Source of the DNA: an uncultured Oligoflexia bacterium
GTDB taxonomy: Bacteria; Bdellovibrionota; UBA1018; CAZJVD01
Direction of reading: 5' to 3'
DNA length: 64,000 nucleotides
NCBI GenBank assembly: GCA_964549505.1
Contig: CAZJVD010000001.1
Location: 108,719 to 172,718, forward strand
Below are positions 1 through 10,515 of the stretch, piece after piece (within the stretch, counting starts at the first letter, position 1; each line of letters begins with the position of its first letter). The notes beneath the pieces were generated by a model. It saw only the letters and a program-made list of their open reading frames with translations. It did not search any database and was not told the DNA's origin. Position numbers and translations under genes: made by a program.

Positions 1-400
1 GCGTGAGGCTGAAGAGCATAAGGCCGAGGACGAAAATCGCAAGAAACTCGTCAACGCCCGCAACTCACTCGACTCTCTCATCTACAGCATCGAGAAAACA
101 TTGAAAGAAAACGGCGAAAAAATCGACGCTGGCGAAAAGAAGAAAGTTGAAGAAGCGTTGGTGGAAGCTCGCAAGCATCTCGCAGCAACGGATGTCGAAA
201 CGATCGAGCGTGCGGTTCAGAACCTGACACAAGCCTCGAATCGCATGGCGGAAACGATTTACAAAACGGCAGGCGCTCAGCAGGCCGCTAGCGGACAGAC
301 GGATGCCGGCAATGGCGCTTCTCAAAAGACTGAAGAGAAGACTGCGGGCAGCGATAAAGACAAAGACGATGTCATTGACGCTGATTTCAAAGAAGTCTAG
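1..400 (+). CDS. dnaK: Chaperone DnaK, C-terminal fragment (5' end lies outside the window)
   Basis: Frame-2 translation from position 2 reads ...NRKKLVNARNSLDSLIYSIEKTLKENGEKID... and ends DDVIDADFKEV*, the typical acidic Hsp70 C-terminus. dnaJ follows immediately. Confidence 0.9.
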   Translation, partial: REAEEHKAEDENRKKLVNARNSLDSLIYSIEKTLKENGEKIDAGEKKKVEEALVEARKHLAATDVETIERAVQNLTQASNRMAETIYKTAGAQQAASGQTDAGNGASQKTEEKTAGSDKDKDDVIDADFKEV

Positions 401-419
401 TTCGTAGTTAGAACCCACT

Positions 420-1556
420 ATGGCCGCGAAACGGGATTATTATGAGGTCCTTGGTGTTAACCGTTCGGTAACGCCTGAGGACCTCAAAAAAACGTATCGC
501 CGACTCGCGGTTCAGTACCACCCCGACAAAAATCCCGGCGACAAAGCCGCAGAAGAGAAGTTCAAAGAACTTTCTGAAGCCTATGAAGTGCTTTCGGACC
601 CGCAGAAAAAGCAGATGTACGATCAGATGGGTCACGCTGCGTTCCAAGGCGGACCGGGCGGCGGAGGCTTCTCGCACGAATTCAGTGGAAACATCAACGA
701 CGTCTTCAGCGATATCTTTGGTGAGTTTTTCGGTGGCGGCATGGGTGGTCGCCGTCAGGGTGGCCGACGACGCACGACAGGCCGACCCGGGGACGATCTG
801 ACGCTCGATCTCAGCATCACGTTTCATGAAGCCGCTCAAGGGACGGAGAAGACGATTTCGCTCCAGCGCAACATACGCTGCGAGACGTGTTCGGGATCCG
901 GTGCTCGTCCGGGAACCGATGTCGTGACCTGCGCCGCCTGCGGTGGACGTGGCGAAGTCTTATTCCAACAAGGTTTTTTTTCGATCAGTCGACCCTGTCC
1001 CACCTGTCGTGGCGAAGGTCAGATGCCGAAGGAGCCATGCTCAAGCTGCCACGGATCTGGAAAGAGCCGGCGCAAGAGTCAAATCGCGGTCAAAGTTCCT
1101 GCGGGTGTCGACACTGGTCAACGTCTCAAGCTGACCGGCGAAGGGGAAGCAGGAGAACGCGGAGGCCCACCAGGGGATCTCTATGTGCTTTTGCATGTCG
1201 AGCCACATGAATTTTTCAGCCGCGAGGACTCCGATGTGGTCTGTGAGGTGCCCCTCACGGTCTCGCAAGCCGCGCTCGGATCGGAAATCGAGGTTCCTAC
1301 GCTCGACGGCAAAGTGGAGATGAAGATTCCGGCGGGAACACAATCTCATAAGATTTTCCGACTAAAGGGAAAGGGTTTTCCGCGCCTGGGATCGTTTGGA
1401 CGCGGAGACCAGCTCGTTCGCGTAGTTGTTGAGACACCGACACGGCTCAGCAAGGAGCAGAAAACGCTTTTCCGACAGCTCGAGGAGCTTGACGGGTCGG
1501 AGTCTTCTCCGCGACATTATAACTTCTTTGACCGAGTCAAAAGTCTCTTTGATTAA
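420..1556 (+). CDS. dnaJ: Chaperone DnaJ (J-domain, G/F-rich region, four CxxCxGxG zinc-finger repeats)
   Basis: N-terminus has DYYEVLGV...HPDKN (HPD motif). A GGGGF-rich linker follows. Repeats [24 protein letters not shown] and CSSCHGSG are present. Canonical dnaK-dnaJ order. Confidence 0.95.
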   Translation: MAAKRDYYEVLGVNRSVTPEDLKKTYRRLAVQYHPDKNPGDKAAEEKFKELSEAYEVLSDPQKKQMYDQMGHAAFQGGPGGGGFSHEFSGNINDVFSDIFGEFFGGGMGGRRQGGRRRTTGRPGDDLTLDLSITFHEAAQGTEKTISLQRNIRCETCSGSGARPGTDVVTCAACGGRGEVLFQQGFFSISRPCPTCRGEGQMPKEPCSSCHGSGKSRRKSQIAVKVPAGVDTGQRLKLTGEGEAGERGGPPGDLYVLLHVEPHEFFSREDSDVVCEVPLTVSQAALGSEIEVPTLDGKVEMKIPAGTQSHKIFRLKGKGFPRLGSFGRGDQLVRVVVETPTRLSKEQKTLFRQLEELDGSESSPRHYNFFDRVKSLFD

Positions 1557-3576
1557 ACTGTGTCTAATAGCCGTTCTCGTCGTCGGCGCGGGAGCAGGCT
1601 GCGCTTCGGGATCACGCCGCTATTCTGATCTCGAAAAAGAGGCCCCCACAAAATCAGAAACTGCGAGTTGGGATGTGCTCGACGACGGTGCTTCCGACGA
1701 CCAGATCCGCTTGTTCAAAGAGATCCGTGATCTCTACGTGAAAGGTTCTTACGCCGAAACATTGACTAAGATTCAAACTTTCGAAAAGCGCTTTCCACAG
1801 AGCGGTGCGATCTCACGAACTGAAAATATTCGTGGTTTGATTCTGTTAGCACGCAAACAGTATCCGGCGTCGATACAGGCTTTTCGAACGAGTCTTGCGC
1901 GCTCGACCCAAGAAGATTTTTCAGATTTTGTCGAATACAACCTGGGGTCGGTTTATTACGAAAACAAACAGTACGATGCTGCCGAACAGGTATTACGTCA
2001 GGTTCGACCCTCGAGTCTTAACATCGCCACTCGTGTGAAATTTCATCATCTTCGCTCGCTCGTTACTGCGCGCTTGGGACAAAACAAAGAGGCGGCTGAG
2101 GAGATTCTCGCTGGATCGTACTTTTACCAACAGCTTGGCCCTTTGCACCGAACCCAAGTACCGCAAGCGGGCGTGCTTGAAAAACATCTGAGTCTTTGCT
2201 TGTCGCGAATCCAGGACTTCTCACAACTGGAAGATCTTTACCGGCAATATGAGACAAGCCCTTTAGCGGACTACGTACTTTTTGAAATCGGAATGCGCGC
2301 GAAAAAGAGCGGACAAGCCGGAACGGCAGAGTCAGCGTTTCGTCGTATTATGCGAGATTTTCCGAACAGCTCGCTCTACGTCGATGCCTCTCAACAGCTG
2401 CGGGGATTGCAAGGACAGGTTGTTTTAAATCCACGCGGTGTCGGCGTGCTATTGCCGATGACGGGAAAGTTTGCCAGGGCCGGACAAGATTCACTCATTG
2501 GCCTACTCCTCGCGTTTCGAACCTTTGAGCTCGCCGAACCCGACACGCAGATTCAGCTCTTTGTCGGAGATGCAGGTGAAACACCAGAACAAGCTGTGTC
2601 GGCGCTCGAAACTCTTGTCAGCGAAAGCAAGGTCAGCGCCGTGATCGGCCCTCTGCTCAGCAAAGGAATCGACCAAGTCAGCAAGCGCGCTGTTGAGTTG
2701 GGTGTTCCGATGATCGCGCTCACACAGCAACCTGGCGTGATCGGTGATTCAATTTTCTACAGTTCGGTCAGTCCTCGTGACCAAGCGACTGAGATGGCTC
2801 ATGTCGCGATTGAGAAACTAGGACTCAAGCGATTTGTGATTCTGCACCCTCGCGATCGGTTTGGTGACGAGAACGCACAGTATTTTTTTGACGCGGTTGA
2901 GGCCAATGGTGGCTCGATTCTCGATATCGAGTCCTACGATCCCGGCGATACCGATTTTCGTACACAGGTCGATCGTATTTTAGCTTTGGATTCGGCAACG
3001 GCGCGCCAGATCGAGGTCGATGAACTCGAACAGCTTCGACTGAAAGACAACGTTACGACTCGGACACGACGGACTGAGAAATACTTTCAGGTCGCTCCTG
3101 TTGTAAACTTCGACGCGATCTTTATTCCGGACGAAGTACGAAAGGTTAGTCAGATCGTTCCGACCTTTGCGTATCGAGACGTCGACAGTGTGCGATTCTT
3201 AGGTGTGTCGACTTGGAACACACCAGAACTGATCGCGCGGGCCGGCCCACTCGTCGAGAATGCGCTGTTCACGGATATCTTCTTCGCGCAGTCGACGTCT
3301 CCTACCACAGCACACTTCGTAAATCGTTTTCGTGAGACGGTTGGCGGCGCACCGAACTCCATCCACGCCCTCGCGTACGACGCAGGATCGATCCTAGAAC
3401 GAGTGTTTCTGACACTCGGTAACTCTGTGAGTTGGTCAAGTGTACGCGATAGCTTGAGCTCGATCGCCCAGTTTCCTGGAGTGACTGGGATGATTCGTCA
3501 TGAAAACGGATTCCTCCGCCGCGACCTCAAAATTCTCACGGTCGATCGGGGTAAGATCACTGAACTCTCCATGTAG
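1549..3576 (+). CDS. Outer-membrane lipoprotein with N-terminal TPR-like domain and C-terminal periplasmic-binding-protein type-1 fold (LpoA-like activator of penicillin-binding protein). Probable TTG start overlapping the dnaJ stop
   Basis: In-frame TTG at 1549 gives [21 protein letters not shown], a lipoprotein signal plus lipobox. The N-terminal half is rich in helical repeats ([18 protein letters not shown]...). The C-terminal half has an LppC/Peripla_BP-like pattern ([30 protein letters not shown]). The ORF track extends it to 1426, but that overlaps 130 nt of dnaJ. Confidence 0.5.
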   Translation: MIKLCLIAVLVVGAGAGCASGSRRYSDLEKEAPTKSETASWDVLDDGASDDQIRLFKEIRDLYVKGSYAETLTKIQTFEKRFPQSGAISRTENIRGLILLARKQYPASIQAFRTSLARSTQEDFSDFVEYNLGSVYYENKQYDAAEQVLRQVRPSSLNIATRVKFHHLRSLVTARLGQNKEAAEEILAGSYFYQQLGPLHRTQVPQAGVLEKHLSLCLSRIQDFSQLEDLYRQYETSPLADYVLFEIGMRAKKSGQAGTAESAFRRIMRDFPNSSLYVDASQQLRGLQGQVVLNPRGVGVLLPMTGKFARAGQDSLIGLLLAFRTFELAEPDTQIQLFVGDAGETPEQAVSALETLVSESKVSAVIGPLLSKGIDQVSKRAVELGVPMIALTQQPGVIGDSIFYSSVSPRDQATEMAHVAIEKLGLKRFVILHPRDRFGDENAQYFFDAVEANGGSILDIESYDPGDTDFRTQVDRILALDSATARQIEVDELEQLRLKDNVTTRTRRTEKYFQVAPVVNFDAIFIPDEVRKVSQIVPTFAYRDVDSVRFLGVSTWNTPELIARAGPLVENALFTDIFFAQSTSPTTAHFVNRFRETVGGAPNSIHALAYDAGSILERVFLTLGNSVSWSSVRDSLSSIAQFPGVTGMIRHENGFLRRDLKILTVDRGKITELSM

Positions 3577-3579
3577 TAT

Positions 3580-5286
3580 CTAGTGTAGCGCTTGAGCTTG
3601 TGCTACGAGCTCGCGTGCATTGCGAACAGTCGCTTGCGAGCGTCGATCGGTTCCGAGCATACGAGCCAACTCGGTTTCACGACCACCTTCACCGAGCCTT
3701 TGAATCTCAACGCTGGTGCGATTCTTTTCTACACGCTTCTCGACGACCAGGTGGTGGTCAGCGAAGGCAGCGACTTGCGCGAGATGTGTGATACAGATCA
3801 CTTGGTTCGCAGCTGCCACACGTTTGAGTTTCTTACCTACTTCAAACGCCGTCGGACCACTCATGCCCGAGTCGATTTCGTCGAAAAGATAAACACCGAT
3901 CTGTCCGCGGTCCGAGACCACTTGGCGAAGTGCGAGCATCACGCGCGACAACTCACCCCCGGAGGCGATTTTAGCCAGAGGGCGAAACCCTTCGCCAGGA
4001 TTCGTCTCCATCCTAAACTCGATCTTATTGCCAAGACCAGTTTCTGTGGCATCTTCGAGACGCTCGGATGTTTCGATGACAGTCTGGAACTTAGCTTCGG
4101 CCATCCGCAACTCTCGGAACTCTTTTTCGACCGCACTCTCTAACTTCTTGGCCGCCTGTTTTCGCTGTTTCGTCACTCGCAGAAAACCTTCGTGTAACTT
4201 TTTTTCATTCTCGAGAAGACGAGCTTCGAGCTCCGCGTAACGACTGTCCGAGTTTTCGAGTGTTCGAACTTCTGCCTGAATCTTTTCGATCTCGGCGTCC
4301 AGCTCATCAAATGCTGCCCCGAACTTTCGCTTCAATTTTTGATACCCATCAATACGCGTTTCAATCGCGTCAACCGTTCCTGAGTCTACTGCACTTGCTT
4401 CGGTGTAACGCCCGAGCTCCAGGGAAAGATCATCAAGTTCGAGACGAATGCGATGAAATCGCTCGGTCCAACTCAACGCAATCGAATCGAGCTGCGCAAG
4501 ATTCTGAAGGCGACCCTCAACCCGGCGAAGCGTATCGAGAACACTTGCATCGGAGCCCTCACGGTCCGAACCACCTCCCTCGAGCGCAGTTTTGGCCTCT
4601 TCCGCGAGACGCTGCCGTGCCTCACTACTCTGTAGGAGCTTTCGCTTCGCAAGCAGTTCGTCGTACTCGCCATGTCGTGGCGAAAGCGTATCGATCTCTT
4701 GCATCTGAAACCGAAGATAATCCAACCGGCGTGTGCGCTCCTCAAGTGACAGCTTAAGCGCCGACAGGTCCCCCGCGACGTCTTTCCATTCATTAAACAA
4801 TGCGCGCACTTCCGTCACGACCTTCATCGAACCACTCGAGCGGTCGAGGAGATCACACTGATAGGCTGCTTTGAGTAGGCTCTGATGTTCGTGCTGACCA
4901 CAGAGATCCACAAGGCCTTCGGCCACCGTTTGCAAAATCTGAACGGTCGCGAGGTGGCCGTTGATGTACACGCGATTGCGTCCATGCACGGACAGCACCC
5001 GACGGATCAAAAGCTGTGATCCATCTGCAACAAGTCCCAGTGTCTCGAGGCGAGAACCCAACCAATCCAATGCCGAACCGTCGAAGAGACCCTCGATAAT
5101 AGCTTCATCACATCCGCGACGAACAGCGTCTGCCTGTGCTCGACCGCCCAAAAGAAACCCGATAGCGGAAAGAACGATGGATTTTCCGGCGCCAGTCTCC
5201 CCGCTCAAAATATTGAGGCCAGGACCAAATGGAATCTCCATCTCGTCGATGATCGCGAAGTTTTTGATTCGTAATACTTCAAGCAT
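3580..5286 (-). CDS. recN: DNA repair protein RecN
   Basis: N-terminal Walker A (LNILSGETGAGKSIVLSAIGFLLG). Long central coiled coil. C-terminal SMC signature (LAKIASGGELSRVMLALR) and Walker B (LFDEIDSGMSG). Lies directly after nadK, the usual nadK-recN pairing. Confidence 0.9.
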   Translation of the reverse strand: MLEVLRIKNFAIIDEMEIPFGPGLNILSGETGAGKSIVLSAIGFLLGGRAQADAVRRGCDEAIIEGLFDGSALDWLGSRLETLGLVADGSQLLIRRVLSVHGRNRVYINGHLATVQILQTVAEGLVDLCGQHEHQSLLKAAYQCDLLDRSSGSMKVVTEVRALFNEWKDVAGDLSALKLSLEERTRRLDYLRFQMQEIDTLSPRHGEYDELLAKRKLLQSSEARQRLAEEAKTALEGGGSDREGSDASVLDTLRRVEGRLQNLAQLDSIALSWTERFHRIRLELDDLSLELGRYTEASAVDSGTVDAIETRIDGYQKLKRKFGAAFDELDAEIEKIQAEVRTLENSDSRYAELEARLLENEKKLHEGFLRVTKQRKQAAKKLESAVEKEFRELRMAEAKFQTVIETSERLEDATETGLGNKIEFRMETNPGEGFRPLAKIASGGELSRVMLALRQVVSDRGQIGVYLFDEIDSGMSGPTAFEVGKKLKRVAAANQVICITHLAQVAAFADHHLVVEKRVEKNRTSVEIQRLGEGGRETELARMLGTDRRSQATVRNARELVAQAQALH

Positions 5287-6227
5287 CAGGGAGTCCCCTT
5301 CACTCCAAAACTGAACTTCTCACGGAGCAACCCAAAATAGTCGCGCTTGGGAGACTCGATGAGTTTCAAATTCTGCTTCTTATGCCGTCGCACTTCGAGA
5401 AGATCGTGCTCTTTAAGCGCAACGAACTCTTGGCCGTCTAATGTCAGAAACACTTCGCCAGGACTCTGATTGAGAAGAATCTGGACATGACGGTCATCCG
5501 AAACGACCAGCGGACGAACTGTCAGACTGTGTGGACAGATGGGAGTGATCACCATTGCCGGCAACTGCGGCTCGAGAACAGGTCCGCCAGCTGCAAGACT
5601 ATAAGCCGTCGAACCAGTGGGAGTGGCGATAATAACACCATCGGCGCGTACCGAATGCACCTCTTGCCCATCGATCGAGATCTTAAGACCGATGATCCGA
5701 GCAATAGCGCCCTTGGCGATCACAGCATCGTTGACGATGTTGCCTGAATAGATCGTCCGACCCTTACGCCGTAATGTCACTTCGAAAAGTGCCCGCTCCC
5801 GATACGGAGGGGACGGCTTTCGTAAAAGTGTCTCGAGAACGGAAAATGTTTCTTCTTGTCGCACTTCAGTCAAAAAACCGAGTTGACCCATGTTCACACC
5901 CAAGAGAGGAACACTGCGAGTCCCCATCAAGCGAGCAACACTAATGAAGGTCCCATCGCCCCCTAGGACAAGAATCCACTGCGCTTTTTTGGGAAGGTCT
6001 GTTTTCTTGACAACGAAAAGATGCCGGTCGTGAAGATGTCCGCCTAACTTTTTCGCGATCGAAGAACTCTCTTCGGAGAGAAGAACGGTGTAACCACGCT
6101 TGAGTAGAAAGTCACAGACACGAACTGCGAGATCCTCTGCAGCTTCGAGGCGTCGTTTGACCACCAAACCAATAGCCGGTTTCTGGCGTTTTTTTGGCAT
6201 ATTTTCGGCCTTCATGTTATCCCGCAT
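5286..6227 (-). CDS. nadK: NAD kinase
   Basis: GGDGT motif (VLGGDGTFISVARL), the NGxxxN-like region and the overall PpnK fold pattern. Its start overlaps the recN start codon region. Confidence 0.85.
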   Translation of the reverse strand: MRDNMKAENMPKKRQKPAIGLVVKRRLEAAEDLAVRVCDFLLKRGYTVLLSEESSSIAKKLGGHLHDRHLFVVKKTDLPKKAQWILVLGGDGTFISVARLMGTRSVPLLGVNMGQLGFLTEVRQEETFSVLETLLRKPSPPYRERALFEVTLRRKGRTIYSGNIVNDAVIAKGAIARIIGLKISIDGQEVHSVRADGVIIATPTGSTAYSLAAGGPVLEPQLPAMVITPICPHSLTVRPLVVSDDRHVQILLNQSPGEVFLTLDGQEFVALKEHDLLEVRRHKKQNLKLIESPKRDYFGLLREKFSFGVKGTP

Positions 6228-6254
6228 TAGGGCCGCAAGGAAAGCGCAAACGCT

Positions 6255-7502
6255 GTGAAAGATTTTTTAACACGTCGAAATACTCCCTTAGCCGATCGCC
6301 TTCGTCCTTCGAGGCTCGATGATGTTCTCGGCCACGCACAGGTGCTTGGTCCGGAGAGCGTTCTTAGACAATGGATTGCGGCCGATCGCGTGCCCTCTTT
6401 ACTCCTATGGGGTCCGCCGGGCTGTGGAAAAACAACGCTTGCGAAGTTGATTGGCAGTGCAACACAGAAACAGTTCGTTGAACTCCACGCAGCGGACACT
6501 GGCGTATCCGAAACTCGAGAGGTTCTACGAAATGCCGAGAAGCGCCTCGAGCAGGGCTTTTCGGGAACGATTGTTTTCATGGACGAAGTCCATCGCTTGA
6601 CCCGGAACCAGCAGGAGTCTTGGTTTGCCGCGATCGAGTCAGGCCTTGTCGTGTGGATGGGTGCTACAACCGAGAATCCATCAGCAGAGTTGGCCCCTGC
6701 GCTGCTGTCTCGCTTGCGGGTCTTTCGCCTCGAAGCTCTTACCCATGCAGAGGTCGCCACCCTACTCACCCGAGCTCTTGGGTCTCGCGAAAACGGTCTC
6801 AAAGGTCTGTGGACCTTGAGCGATGAAGCAAAGATCGCTATTGCCCAGGTTTCGGGATCGGACGGCCGACGTAGTTTGCAGCTCCTCGAAATTCTAACGG
6901 ATCTTTGGGCCCAACAAGGGCGAACGGGGATTCAAGACGACAAGACCGTTCAGGAAGATCTTAAACGCCTGGCCGAAACACATCTCCTGAGATTTGATCG
7001 CAAGGGTGAGGATCATTACAACTTGATTTCGGCTTTTATCAAGTCGATGCGGGCGAGTGATAGCGATGCAGCTATCTACTACTTAGCGCGCATGATTCGT
7101 GGTGGTGAGGATCCGGTTTTTATCGCACGAAGAATGGTGGTCTTCGCCAGCGAGGATATTGGTTCCGCTCACCCCTCTTCGCTTGCGCTTGCTCTAGCTG
7201 TGAAAAATGCCGTCGAGTTTCTTGGAATGCCCGAAGCGCGCATCGCACTATCACAAGGTGTGATCGCACTGGCAAAAGCACCGAAGGATCGGACAGCATA
7301 TGACACGATTGAAAAGGCTCTCGCACTTGTCGACAAGACCGGACCCCTCGAAGTACCGATGCACTTACGCAACGCTACGAACGCATGGGTAAAGAACTTT
7401 GGGTATGGAAGAAAAGCGCCGAACGACGCCGGTAACTTACCGTTGGACCTAAAACTTCCGACTAAGCCTCAGGACGACGGTCCCGAAACTTCTCCAGATT
7501 GA
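6255..7502 (+). CDS. rarA: Replication-associated recombination protein A (AAA+ ATPase RarA/MgsA)
   Basis: LLLWGPPGCGKTTLAKLI Walker A, FMDEVHRL Walker B/sensor, and the C-terminal MgsA helical domain (ISAFIKSMRASDSDAAIYYLARMI...GEDPVFIARRMV). Confidence 0.85.
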   Translation: MKDFLTRRNTPLADRLRPSRLDDVLGHAQVLGPESVLRQWIAADRVPSLLLWGPPGCGKTTLAKLIGSATQKQFVELHAADTGVSETREVLRNAEKRLEQGFSGTIVFMDEVHRLTRNQQESWFAAIESGLVVWMGATTENPSAELAPALLSRLRVFRLEALTHAEVATLLTRALGSRENGLKGLWTLSDEAKIAIAQVSGSDGRRSLQLLEILTDLWAQQGRTGIQDDKTVQEDLKRLAETHLLRFDRKGEDHYNLISAFIKSMRASDSDAAIYYLARMIRGGEDPVFIARRMVVFASEDIGSAHPSSLALALAVKNAVEFLGMPEARIALSQGVIALAKAPKDRTAYDTIEKALALVDKTGPLEVPMHLRNATNAWVKNFGYGRKAPNDAGNLPLDLKLPTKPQDDGPETSPD

Positions 7503-9201
7503 TGATGTTGCTTTTCGGCACGGCAGATGGCCGCACCATCGTGAGCGTCATATCTAACCAATCGATCATGAGATTTACGCCTTCGGTCAGTTTCTGATAT
7601 GCCTCGGCGCTTTCGCGGCTCAGATCACGAATCTTCTCGCCGGTCAGATTGTGCATCATCACTTTAAGCATGGCTGAGAAACCCGCCAACGCTGGGTTCG
7701 CCCTCGCTATTGTGTCAATAGCAGCATTGGTCGCATTCAGCTGATCGTTGAAACTCGCAATCTGCGAACGTACGTCCAGACTCATGAGGCGATCCGAACG
7801 TAAATGGCTTGAAATCTCTGAGAGGCGATCGGCCGTCTTGCGACCTTGTTTGAGTTGAGCGCGGAGTTCCTCGATTTGTGGCCGCGCCTCGCGAAGCGAT
7901 GCAATCAGTACAGAATCTAATCGCAACCGATCGAGACCCTGTCCCGTATCAGCAACCCAACCGCAATACCAAGCACGTGCGACTTGACCCATCACGGTTG
8001 CAACCCAGTCCGACAAAGTCATCGGACGTTGAATCAAGGGCTCATAGATCACGCCGCCACCCTCGTGAGTCGGACGAATCTTGGAACGATAGACCTGAGC
8101 GCCCGGATTTTCTTTCGTATCCCATCCGAGACGCTCGCAGTACTGATCGACGGGGCGCTCGCGTTGATGAGACCACTCCGAAGACGCATACGACCAAACC
8201 GAGTAGGCCGCTTCGGGTGTCGATGCACCCTGCAAGATGTAGTGCCCGTTTCCGTAGGGTTCATGCATCGAGGAGAGCTTTTTCTCTGTGATCTTGAGCG
8301 TGCGAATTCCTTGAAGGCTCGCTAACTGATGCACGGGATGGTCTTCACCAACAATCCAGTGGGACTTAGAAACTAAAGACGCCCACATTTCGAAATCCGT
8401 CTTTCCCACCATCGAAACCACACGTGTCTCGTCACATCCTGCCTGACTGAGACCTCGCAAAACATCGCGTGCAGCCTGTACCTCGCCTTCGTCGCCAAGA
8501 AGGACGCAGTTGTAGTCTGGATGACGACGAATCACGAGCCCGAGAAATCGAATCCAAAAGTCGGCTCGACCGGACAGCTGAACAGCGAGCCATTTTCGTG
8601 CAGCATATCGACCGCGCGCAAGCGGTGATCGATCATCGTCCAAACGAAAGAAAGCACCAGAAACAGGCGCATTCTCTTGCGAAGTATCGGGGTCACCGAC
8701 ATGAATCTGCAACGCAGTCAGAAGCTGCGTCGTCAGAATATCAATCATGTGAATATTCTGATCCAGATCGTTCTTAATCAAACCTTGGATGAAGTACGTC
8801 CAGCCATCGTTACTGAGTAACGTTTGATCGGTACGTCGTGTGTTACCAAGTTTAATAACAGCAGGCACCATTGCAGCGAGAAAGCTGGACGAATCTAGAA
8901 ACGACCAATGCACAACAAAGTCCCATCGACTCTGAACCATCTGCGAAAGCCATTCCGCAACGGTCGGTAAGAGAGCTCGTGGATTGCGATCGGCCTGCTC
9001 AAAACGCCGGGTCCACTCCTGCACGGGCATGGCAATCACGTCCTTGAGCCAGTCCACCCGTTCCGCGATCTCTTGAAGATCATCGCGAACAACAAGATGA
9101 AACTCAGCTTTCGGGTAAAGCTGATGGGCAGCTTTAAGCGCCATCAAACTCTGCATGAGAGCTTCTGAATCTCCGGTCTGAATAACGAGAAGCCTAGTCA
9201 T
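7462..9201 (-). CDS. Glycosyltransferase family 9 (heptosyltransferase-like) domain protein with a roughly 230 aa C-terminal coiled-coil extension
   Basis: N-terminus MTRLLVIQTGDSEALMQSLMALKAA matches the GT9 N-terminal Rossmann signature. A later VVSMVGKTDFEMWASLVSKSHWIVGEDHPVHQLASLQG matches the GT9 C-terminal nucleotide-sugar site. The tail is heptad-rich (IEELRAQLKQGRKTADRLSEI...). Confidence 0.45.
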   Translation of the reverse strand: MTRLLVIQTGDSEALMQSLMALKAAHQLYPKAEFHLVVRDDLQEIAERVDWLKDVIAMPVQEWTRRFEQADRNPRALLPTVAEWLSQMVQSRWDFVVHWSFLDSSSFLAAMVPAVIKLGNTRRTDQTLLSNDGWTYFIQGLIKNDLDQNIHMIDILTTQLLTALQIHVGDPDTSQENAPVSGAFFRLDDDRSPLARGRYAARKWLAVQLSGRADFWIRFLGLVIRRHPDYNCVLLGDEGEVQAARDVLRGLSQAGCDETRVVSMVGKTDFEMWASLVSKSHWIVGEDHPVHQLASLQGIRTLKITEKKLSSMHEPYGNGHYILQGASTPEAAYSVWSYASSEWSHQRERPVDQYCERLGWDTKENPGAQVYRSKIRPTHEGGGVIYEPLIQRPMTLSDWVATVMGQVARAWYCGWVADTGQGLDRLRLDSVLIASLREARPQIEELRAQLKQGRKTADRLSEISSHLRSDRLMSLDVRSQIASFNDQLNATNAAIDTIARANPALAGFSAMLKVMMHNLTGEKIRDLSRESAEAYQKLTEGVNLMIDWLDMTLTMVRPSAVPKSNIINLEKFRDRRPEA

Positions 9202-9279
9202 CGGCTTTTTCCAAAACTCCTGTCTCTTCCGTCATGAGCGCACTCACAAAGCCGAGAAGAAATGTCTCAACTGGAATAC

Positions 9280-10515
9280 TCAGTTCGGTTTCAAGTGCTG
9301 GTTCCATCCGTCCTCCTTGACGCTGGTTTTGCTCACGAGCAATGTGAGCAGTTCGCGCGCACCTTCGTGGCACGCATCCATCTGCAAAACTCTTTGTGCG
9401 GTCTGCCGAGCGCGATGCAACTGGCCTAAGTGGTACTGAAGACCTGCAAGACTATAGAGAAGATTAGCATTGACCGGAGCGCGCTCGATGTACGCAGAAA
9501 CGATCTGCTCTGCCGGACCAAATTCCTTAAGCTCGTAAGCAAGCTTAACGAGGTAGAAAAGCGCCATGGGATTAAGAAGCTCGTGAACGAGTGACGCATG
9601 AAACGCCTTGTATGCCGCCTCTTTGTTTTTCTGAAGTAAGTAAACAGTCCCCAAACCAAAGGAGGCTTTTGCGTTCGACGGATTTGAAGCGAGAGCATCC
9701 TGAAAACTGAGACGCGCTTCCTCAGTCTTGCCGTCTTGTAGGAACGCTGACCCGAGATTGCTTTGTACTTCGTCTGCGGCTGGCTTCAGAAAAAGAGCCT
9801 TACGAAAATGCGGAACCGCCCGATCGATACGCTTTGCGCGGGTCCAACAATTTCCGGCCGTCTTATGAAGCTCAAATTTTGCCGTACCATCCATCGCGGC
9901 GCTACGAAGTGCGCGCTCAGCTATCTCGGCGGCATACTCGTCGCGCGAGGCAGCCAAAAGCACACGAATCAGTCCTTCGAAAGCAGGCAACGCTGGCACA
10001 AACGCGATCGACTCTTCGAATGCTTGCTCAGCCTCTTTAAGTTTGCTTTCGACTTCGTAACAACGACCAATCCCAAAAAGCGCTCGAGCGCACTGGTCAC
10101 CCGAAAGAAAGATCGTTCTAAAGATATTGCGCGCAAGGGTCGGCTCGTTCGAATTTAGAAGAATCTCAGCGTTGCGAAACAGATAGTCGATGTTCAGCTT
10201 TCCATCATCATGATAAACAGCCCCTGCCACATCGACTTCGGTTCCATCCTCGGAAGCCGTCGCGGACGCTTGGGTCTTCGGTTTGACCTGAACGAGATAG
10301 CAGTGAGTGGGCTCAACATCCGGCGAATCAAATCGATCGAGTGCATCTTGAAGCGTCCGAATGATCAGCATGCGATTCTCTCGCGGTGGAAGCGTGATCA
10401 GATCGACGAGCGCGTAGCCTTTCTCGTCGAGGTTTGTCTTGAGATTCTCACGCAAGGATTGATCGAGATCCGTCATCGTTGTTCGTCCACTTCGTTTCCT
10501 GCGGTGGTTGTCCAA
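9280..10515 (-). CDS. Tetratricopeptide-repeat (TPR) protein
   Basis: Multiple 34-residue TPR-like repeats (ALFGIGRCYEVESKLKEAEQAFEESI, SNLGSAFLQDGKTEEARLSFQDALASNPSNAKASFGLGTVYLLQKNKEAAYKAF). The true start may be an internal Met. Confidence 0.6.
   Translation of the reverse strand: MDNHRRKRSGRTTMTDLDQSLRENLKTNLDEKGYALVDLITLPPRENRMLIIRTLQDALDRFDSPDVEPTHCYLVQVKPKTQASATASEDGTEVDVAGAVYHDDGKLNIDYLFRNAEILLNSNEPTLARNIFRTIFLSGDQCARALFGIGRCYEVESKLKEAEQAFEESIAFVPALPAFEGLIRVLLAASRDEYAAEIAERALRSAAMDGTAKFELHKTAGNCWTRAKRIDRAVPHFRKALFLKPAADEVQSNLGSAFLQDGKTEEARLSFQDALASNPSNAKASFGLGTVYLLQKNKEAAYKAFHASLVHELLNPMALFYLVKLAYELKEFGPAEQIVSAYIERAPVNANLLYSLAGLQYHLGQLHRARQTAQRVLQMDACHEGARELLTLLVSKTSVKEDGWNQHLKPN

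Noticed and set aside
65-418. 117-aa minus-strand ORF
   Set aside because: It lies entirely antisense to the well-supported dnaK C-terminal coding region. It has no motif and is a typical shadow ORF in GC-biased DNA.
4260-4757. 165-aa plus-strand ORF inside recN
   Set aside because: It is antisense to RecN coiled-coil coding sequence. No RBS or motif.
6227-6802. 191-aa minus-strand ORF, Arg/Ser-rich
   Set aside because: It is antisense to rarA, whose AAA+ motifs are unambiguous. Its composition is the low-complexity shadow type.
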